A stretch of DNA of 64,000 nt from Chrysomallon squamiferum (lineage: Eukaryota; Animalia; Mollusca), in the NCBI GenBank assembly GCA_012295275.1, contig CM022672.1, forward strand, positions 6,138,001-6,202,000. The letters run 5' to 3'. Under the pieces are notes generated by a model. It was not told where the DNA came from. It did not search any database and was given only the letters and a program-made list of their open reading frames with translations. Positions 63,348 through 64,000 of this stretch are shown here, in pieces. The position numbers and the translations under genes were made by a program. Numbering within the stretch: the stretch's first letter is position 1; the number at the start of each line of letters is the position of its first letter.

Positions 63348-63930
63348 CTATGTTCCTTCTAATTCTAATCGCTGTCGTGTCAAATCTGCTATCTCTGCTT
63401 TTACTTCTGGTTTCAGTATCTCTTTGGCCTGTGAAATAAACAAAGGAAATGTCAGTATCAAATAAAGACTTTTTTTAACAATTTGTGCAGCTTGTAAAGT
63501 GAAACTGTTCTAATAACCTGACACAAAATTGTGAATCTTCATACAAGCTCTCACTGAACTGTAATAAAAGCACTGTGCTTACATTCACTTTCACTGAATG
63601 TGGAAACTTCAATACTTAAACCATGTAAATATTATACGCTTCAAAAACATAAAATGTTGATATATTATTTACATAACATTTCTATATGAACTGTGTACAA
63701 ACTATTTTTTTTTTCCAGTGAAGTTTGCAAAGGAACAGACAATTCAATTTGCATTGTTTGGCATGCTTTTTTTGTCAAAATATATAAACTGCAGTACTTA
63801 CACTATATTTTTGAGATGCTTCAAAGGCATAAAGAATACTGGTGTCATACAGCATCATGAGATGCTCAACAAGAGATAAAACACAGTTTGTGAGTCGTGC
63901 AATCACCTCCCGGTCTGCAGGGCTCACAGG
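63348..63930 (-). CDS. Last two coding exons of an unidentified gene that continues beyond the window
   Basis: Exons 63930-63802 (ttacag|..|gtaagt) and 63428-63348 (tcacag|..TAG) are phase-0 compatible. They translate to PVSPADREVIARLTNCVLSLVEHLMMLYDTSILYAFEASQKYS|AKEILKPEVKAEIADLTRQRLELEGT*. AATAAA on the minus strand at ~63299-63304. I do not recognise the family. Confidence 0.75.
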
Positions 63931-64000
63931 CTGTAAAAAAATAAAAAAAAAAAAAAAAAAAATCATTTTAAATTTCATTGAGCAGAATTAGTTATCTACT

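Overview
AT-rich, microsatellite-dense eukaryotic DNA. It is from an invertebrate, and a lophotrochozoan such as a mollusc is my inference. Reading splice sites by hand gives five intron-containing genes. (1) A 3-exon BarH/Barhl homeobox gene (+, 3976-13082), followed by a ~19 kb gene-free region of CpG-rich, transcription-factor-motif-rich islands. (2) A 19-exon minus-strand gene (45034-32745, 897 aa) for an apparently secreted mosaic protein: signal peptide, a 12-Cys three-finger/LU-like domain with an internal FGKR site, then [SRCR + six-bladed YWTD propeller] twice, with no EGF or transmembrane segment. (3) A 14-exon collagen galactosyltransferase (COLGALT/GLT25D, +, 48297-57473, ending in KDEL). 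(4) A 2-exon atypical monothiol glutaredoxin (CPDS, +, 61378-62613) with a Tigger/pogo-like MITE in its intron. (5) The last two exons of an unidentified minus-strand gene. The most notable items are the LU-(SRCR-YWTD)x2 protein with its exon-cassette duplication and GC-AG intron, two intronic repeats that appear seeded from the adjacent exon end, and a CpG-rich versus CpG-poor domain contrast. Most ORFs in the supplied track are microsatellite artefacts.
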